This document shows positions 58,709-64,000 of a stretch of 64,000 nucleotides of DNA, one piece after another. The stretch's first letter is position 1. Every line of letters begins with the position of its first letter. The DNA comes from Oculina patagonica (lineage: Eukaryota): contig NW_027558036.1 in NCBI RefSeq assembly GCF_052425735.1, positions 1,922,001 to 1,986,000 on the forward strand, written 5' to 3'. The notes under the pieces were generated by a model. It did no database searches. It was not told the origin of the DNA and was given only the letters and a program-made list of their open reading frames with translations. The position numbers and the translations under genes were made by a program.

Positions 58709-61498
58709 TCAAATAAAGCTGAAGTCCACATTCAATCCACGAGGTCGCAGGGTCTGGTGCCGGAAAATCAGCTTTGCCTCAAAACGCTTCCTTTCCATGG
58801 TGTCAGTTAGTCCGGCACGGAGCACTGACAGAAGCATGTCGTTTGTGCTATGTCCTGGCAGATTAAAATGTATAGCGACTGGAGCATCGCTTTGTATGGC
58901 GATAGATCGTAAATGCTCTCTGAATCTATCAGCCAGGCGCCGGCCAGTTTCCCCGATGTAACACTTGGCGCACGCGCGGCATTGAATTATATATACCGCA
59001 TGCGTTGTGGTGCAGCTGTATCTTTGGCGAACATGGATTGATCCACCAGGTGTGTTGATAACAGGAGTCGCGTTGGTGTAATCGCATGTCTTACAACGGG
59101 GTCTCGCACAAGGGGATGTTCCAAAATCTGCGCGGTCGACAACAGTTCTTCCGTCTCCTAATGTGCTCCGAACCAAGGCATCGCGTAAGTTCGAGTCGCG
59201 GCGATATGCACCCAGAATTCGGACAGGCTGGAATATTTCACCTGTTTGAGGGTCGTCCTTCAGCAAGCCCAGATTCTTTGTCAAGATGTTTTTGACCCGT
59301 GCATTCGAGGGGTGATACGTGAGTACAAGCGGGATTGTTGGTTGTCCAGATGCTCTTTGTGTTGTTGTCTCTTGTAGCAAATCGTCCCGAGAGATGGATG
59401 CGACTTTATTGAAGGCCTGGTTGACAACATGTGGTGGATACTTGCGATCCAAGAAATAACTGACCATCTCCTTGCTTCTCTCATTGAAGTCATCGGCTTC
59501 ACTGCAAATGCGCTTCAACCTGAGCAGCTGTCTGTAAGGGATCGATTGTTTGCAGCGGACAAGGTGAGAGGAGAAATAATTCAAGTATGAGTGAGTGTCA
59601 GTTTCCTTGTAATGGATGGTTGTTGTCAGCCGATGCCCGGAAGGTTTGATACAAAGGTCTAAGAACGACACCGCTTCTTCGGAAATGGACCACGTGAATT
59701 TCAAATTCGGATGGAAATTGTTCACAAATGATGCAAAATCTTCAATCTCTCTCTTGCTGCATGAGGCTGCTCCCATGATGTCGTCAATGTACCTTTTGAA
59801 TAGGTCTGGCGTTCTGCCCGGATACTGTTCGAAGATCTGTTCCTCTATATGACCCATAAACAAGCAGGCATAGTTTGGACCAAGTCTACTGCCCATAGCT
59901 ACCCCTCCGACCTGTTCGTAATAGTTGCCATTGAACCCAAATGTGTTCAGAGTCAATACAAGTTCAGCTAGGCGCAGCAGAGTATGCGTGGGAGGTTGAA
60001 GGACAGAACGCTTGTTCAGGAAGTGTTCAAGAGCAAGGAGACCATCCCGGTTGGGTATCACGGTGTAGAGGGATTTTACATCCATCGTAAACACGTAGTT
60101 GGTGAGTTCCGGGAAGCGAAATGACTCGGCAATTTGAAGCATGTGATTTGTGTCCTTTACAAAGCTGGGAAGATTGTGAACCAAAGGTGTAGTAATTTGG
60201 TCCAAATAAGTTGCAATCAGCTCCGTTGGACAATTACAAGCGGATACGATCGGCCTACCAGGATTACCAGGTTTATGGATCTTGGGCAGTAGGTAAAACT
60301 TGGATGTACGTGACTGGCCTACAATAAGATAAGATGCCGATGCGGGGAGTTCACCAGATTGGATCGCTTCCTTAACCACCACCTGAACTCTTTCGTTGTA
60401 TTCGTTGGTATGGTCATGGCTAAGTTGTCTGTAGAAATTTGCATCGGAGAGATGTCTTTCTGCCTCCTGTACATATAGCTGGCGTGCCCACACAACAACT
60501 GCACCACCCTTGTCCGCCGGTTTGATAACAATGTCATCACGACGCCGCAGGGATGCGAGGGCGGCAATTTCTTCTTTTGTTAGGTTTGTCTTGTTGAGTC
60601 TCTCTTTAAAATTGATGCTGTTTACTTCACGACGACATTTGCTTATGTAGTAATCCAAAGCAGCAAACCTGCCAGGTGGTGGAGTCCAGTTTGAGGGTTT
60701 GTGCTTAAGAGACTCAAAGGATTTATCTTCAGACTCGTCAACTGAAGCCGGCTGGAAATCACCGCTACTAGGCTCCGAGGGATTGGCATCGAAATGTGCC
60801 GTGAGACGGAGACGGCGATAGAAGCGCTCACAGTCCGCCTTAGTATCGTATTCATCCGTCCTAGGTTTCACTGGGATGTATGAAAGTCCTTTGCTGAGAA
60901 CGGATCGTTCTGGGTCTGTAAGTTGCAGGTCGTCTGGAATAGTAACGACCAATTTGGATGTTGTCGCTTCAGGTACAGAGTCAATGTCATTCTCGGAGCT
61001 AAGTGATGTCGAATTTATTAAAGCGTTAAGCTTTTCACTTTTCCCTGCTTTGAGGAAGTTGTACAGGTCCGAATTCAGATTGTGAATGATGGAACTGATC
61101 TGTCGATATCGCTCGACGCTGCATTCATTTTTTAGCTCATCACGAAAACGGTTGATTTCTGTCGTTAATGTTTGGCAGCGTCTTTGCATGGATTGTATGG
61201 TGACGAGCATTAGACGACTCGACGACCTCCTTAGAACAGCATTCACTTGATTTCGGTATCCTGTGGAGTGGTTCTGTTCGTGTTTCATAGCGTGAAAACC
61301 GAACAAGAAACCATTGGGAATGACGTTACGGCGGAGACACTTGCTCAGAAAACCAATGTGACTTGTGAACCGGGTCTTTGCGAATGTCTTGTCGGCAAGA
61401 TGTAAGCCAATTGTCCTGCTTGGTTGATCTCGGTACACGGATAGTCCTCTGTTCAAATCCCTATACAAGTTCCTTTCGAAACCGCTAAGGTTTGGCAT
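58709..61498 (-). CDS. Penelope RT + GIY-YIG endonuclease (929 aa)
   Basis: ADKGGAVV, LPKIHK, GRPIVS, MDVKSLYT, GVAMGS, RYIDD; CARPRCKTC linker; AVYIIQC..C..CYIGETGRRLADRFREH..GLN. Confidence 0.95.
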   Translation of the reverse strand: MPNLSGFERNLYRDLNRGLSVYRDQPSRTIGLHLADKTFAKTRFTSHIGFLSKCLRRNVIPNGFLFGFHAMKHEQNHSTGYRNQVNAVLRRSSSRLMLVTIQSMQRRCQTLTTEINRFRDELKNECSVERYRQISSIIHNLNSDLYNFLKAGKSEKLNALINSTSLSSENDIDSVPEATTSKLVVTIPDDLQLTDPERSVLSKGLSYIPVKPRTDEYDTKADCERFYRRLRLTAHFDANPSEPSSGDFQPASVDESEDKSFESLKHKPSNWTPPPGRFAALDYYISKCRREVNSINFKERLNKTNLTKEEIAALASLRRRDDIVIKPADKGGAVVVWARQLYVQEAERHLSDANFYRQLSHDHTNEYNERVQVVVKEAIQSGELPASASYLIVGQSRTSKFYLLPKIHKPGNPGRPIVSACNCPTELIATYLDQITTPLVHNLPSFVKDTNHMLQIAESFRFPELTNYVFTMDVKSLYTVIPNRDGLLALEHFLNKRSVLQPPTHTLLRLAELVLTLNTFGFNGNYYEQVGGVAMGSRLGPNYACLFMGHIEEQIFEQYPGRTPDLFKRYIDDIMGAASCSKREIEDFASFVNNFHPNLKFTWSISEEAVSFLDLCIKPSGHRLTTTIHYKETDTHSYLNYFSSHLVRCKQSIPYRQLLRLKRICSEADDFNERSKEMVSYFLDRKYPPHVVNQAFNKVASISRDDLLQETTTQRASGQPTIPLVLTYHPSNARVKNILTKNLGLLKDDPQTGEIFQPVRILGAYRRDSNLRDALVRSTLGDGRTVVDRADFGTSPCARPRCKTCDYTNATPVINTPGGSIHVRQRYSCTTTHAVYIIQCRACAKCYIGETGRRLADRFREHLRSIAIQSDAPVAIHFNLPGHSTNDMLLSVLRAGLTDTMERKRFEAKLIFRHQTLRPRGLNVDFSFI

Positions 61499-61642
61499 GT
61501 TAAGATGTTGAAATCACAGTCCATAAAATATCATAGTAACATAGAAATCTCTAAAGAAATTTCGTGCGACTGTGTAGCGCATACAACTAGTGAAATAAAA
61601 TGTAAATGAAAATGAAAAATGCGCCAGATGGTGGTAAAAAGG

Positions 61643-61683
61643 TTCCATACGTTTCGGGGCTACTGCCCCTTCTTCAGTGGAAA
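61643..61683 (-). ncRNA. Minimal type I hammerhead ribozyme (5' pLTR)
   Basis: Same core as 58550-58592. Confidence 0.88.
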
Positions 61684-62864
61684 ATGTAAAATGCTATCTA
61701 ACTGAAATCAGCACGTGCCCGTGATCAAAGTATTTGAAAGTTTACAAATCAAAAACGTACGCCACAAGCGCGCGCGCTTGTTAGAGTGAACACCACTCTT
61801 ATGTGGTGGTGGCTAACGCTGAATAGAGAGACGAAGGGAAAATATATGACAAGGAAAACTTGTGCGTGAAATCAAAAAAACAGAGTTAACAAGACTTCCT
61901 TGGAGCAAGCAAAAAGATACCATGGTCGCGATATTTACTTAAGGTTCTGTGGAAACTAGTAAGAGAGAAATTCTGACTAGTTAGGCATTTGTATTTGACC
62001 CTCTTGGAGTGGCAAGCTTTCTAGCCCACAGCCTGAGTAAGGAGGCTAGAGGGCTTTTGCTTCTTAGAAGTGGCAAGTCCAACAGCTTGGGTAACACGAT
62101 CTATACTACAAATCGACTCGCAGAGAGGTTTGCGAGCAACACCTACCTCGGGATTCGGTGCTAGAAACAGAGAAACTGGTAAAACAGTGTTGCATGTTCA
62201 AGGAATACCTATTTTATAAAGTACGACTTTCCTGCAGTCTAGCTACAGCCAAAGAACCAGTCCATTTTTTGTTTACATGCCTTCGGTGATACTAGTGGCA
62301 CAGTAACTGCGACGGTAGTATACGGATTATTCTTTAAGAGTCGGGCGCAAACCTCGAACTGGTACCAAATTTAACGGATAAGCAGTTCATCAGTATCCGC
62401 ACATTTTGCATCGCAAAGGAGCAAAGTCCAAAATGACCAACGCTAATAATGGTAGAAATTTTACAGGTACAGCAAACTTTGCTGTACCTGTAACAGATAC
62501 AGTAAGGTGATAATCCCAACTTCACTTTGACGGCATTTTGCCAAAATACGCAATCAGTAACTATACAAGGAAATTTTCAAATACATCAGAGTTTTGACAG
62601 TTCGTACCATATTTCAGGTTCCGCCATGCAGTTAATATACAACACAGTTAACAGCACGATTCACTTTAACCCTAAACAATACAAAGAAGTTCAAAGATAG
62701 GAGTCCTTTCATCACTCTTGTTTCTGACGCAAGAGGGACTGGGTACACAGGCATCCCAGCGAAAATAACAACACTTACTCTTAGGGATGTGGGTGGGGAT
62801 AACTATACAGGAGGTTATTACGAAAAGGGGATGCCTTTGTCAGACTGGAGGTATCTCACTCTGT

Positions 62865-63045
62865 ATGTCTGCTTGCCTGTTTTTCTGTCCAAATCCCTAC
62901 CTGCTGCATGCCTGTTTGCCTGCCTGTCTGCCTGTCTGTCTGTCTAGTCTGTTTGTCAGTCTGTCAGTATGTGTGTCTGTCTGTCTGTCTGTCTGTCTGG
63001 CTGTCTGCCTGTTTGTCCGACTGTCTGTGTGTGTGTCTGTCAGTC
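62865..63045. repeat. Degenerate (GTCT/GCCT)n microsatellite
   Basis: Directly visible. Confidence 0.85.
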
Positions 63046-63416
63046 AAAATGTTGCTAAAAAACTTCTTAAAAGTGGCTCATATAAAATATTTTAAGTTTT
63101 AACTGTCGTGGGCCACATTATAATTGCAATTGGTGGCTTGACTCAAATACGACAATTTATCACTGTATATAATTTCCTTATCCAGCTTACGCTCGATTAC
63201 TGTGATAAAATGCGGATTAATTTAAAGGCAAACGACCGTAAAGTTTTGAAAGTAACAACCATTGTTACTGTCACATTTAACAGTGGTTTCCTTTCATTAC
63301 TTCTGGTGGGTAGCTTCGTTCGAGGGGTCGATACTTTTAATCATCTTAAAGGTGTGGCATATAAGGGTCGATCTGTCTTACTGTAATCGTACAATATGTG
63401 ATTTTGTTTTTCGCAG

Positions 63417-63488
63417 GTACCTTGGCCACAATAAAATAGAAGTGCTGCCTGAAGGAATATTTGAGAACCTATCAAGTCTATATTGGTT
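63417..63488 (+). CDS. Host gene LRR exon 6 (YLGHNKIEVLPEGIFENLSSLYWL); gene continues beyond the window
   Basis: 72 nt, phase 2-2, TTTTTCGCAG/GTAAGT. Confidence 0.9.
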
Positions 63489-64000
63489 GTAAGTACATGC
63501 ATCTGACAAGTATTTAATTAAGGAGGCTATCAACGGTTTCCAGCACTTTCCATCTCTTATACCTTGATGGATCAGTACTGCAAACCTTTTACAGTTGCTC
63601 CTACAATAATGATACCAAACAAATGCCCAATCATTGGTAACAACAGTTTAACCTGTTAAGAACTGCTACAAACTGGATAATGATCAAAATATTAAAATAC
63701 AACTTTTTGCAAAACTAAAAGGGCAGACTATAACTGAATATTAAGCTTGAGCTCTAACCTTTATGCCGAATATAAAACCGACTGACTTTTTGACTTGAAC
63801 GTACCAAATCTCGTTCCATAAACTAAACTAATTAACTGAAGGTTTATGCTTTGTTTACTGGTATTTTATGTTGTTCTTGTTAACCCGTCTTGTCTGTTTC
63901 TCTGGCTGGCTGAATTGTTTTTGAATTACAAAATGGCAAAAATTGTTATAATGAGAATATTTAAAACTAGCTCATATCAAATAAATTAGTTTTAATCGCC

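Larger units (their letters stand above)
58447..61792 (-). mobile_element. Penelope-like element (Neptune type) with direct pseudo-LTRs
   Basis: 16-bp TSD CCACTCTTATGTGGTG (58431-46, 61793-808); 252-bp direct repeats at 58449-58700 and 61541-61792 (4 mismatches by eye); single intact ORF. Confidence 0.95.

Overview
Eukaryotic, AT-rich, repeat-dense genomic DNA. The repeat families and gene architecture suggest a cnidarian, probably a stony coral (inference). There are no prokaryotic features, CRISPR arrays or rRNA/tRNA genes. Contents: (1) a three-level nested insertion at 7864-21357: a full-length L1/Tx1-type LINE with a 15-bp TSD, interrupted in ORF1 by an otherwise intact PAT-like (DIRS-order, split direct repeat) tyrosine-recombinase retrotransposon, whose pol is in turn interrupted by a 3.2-kb non-autonomous Sola-like DNA transposon; (2) the 5' part of a + strand host gene (signal peptide-CUB-Ig-LRRNT-six 72-nt LRR exons, running off the window), probably an LGR/GRL101-like receptor, with an apparent 1-nt frameshift; (3) in its introns, a near-complete Tx1-clade LINE and an intact Penelope/Neptune element with hammerhead ribozymes and a 16-bp TSD; (4) many MITEs, SINE/LINE fragments and simple repeats. 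The most interesting signals are RNA-level expression features in the mobile elements. In the PAT-like element neither pol nor YR has a usable AUG: pol is in frame with gag across a UGA-CUA readthrough context, and YR is preceded by a strong splice acceptor in phase with a donor in gag. A histone-mRNA-type stem-loop follows the Sola-like transposase remnant, and a U1A/SNF-type AUUGCAC hairpin sits just before the Tx1 poly(A) site.
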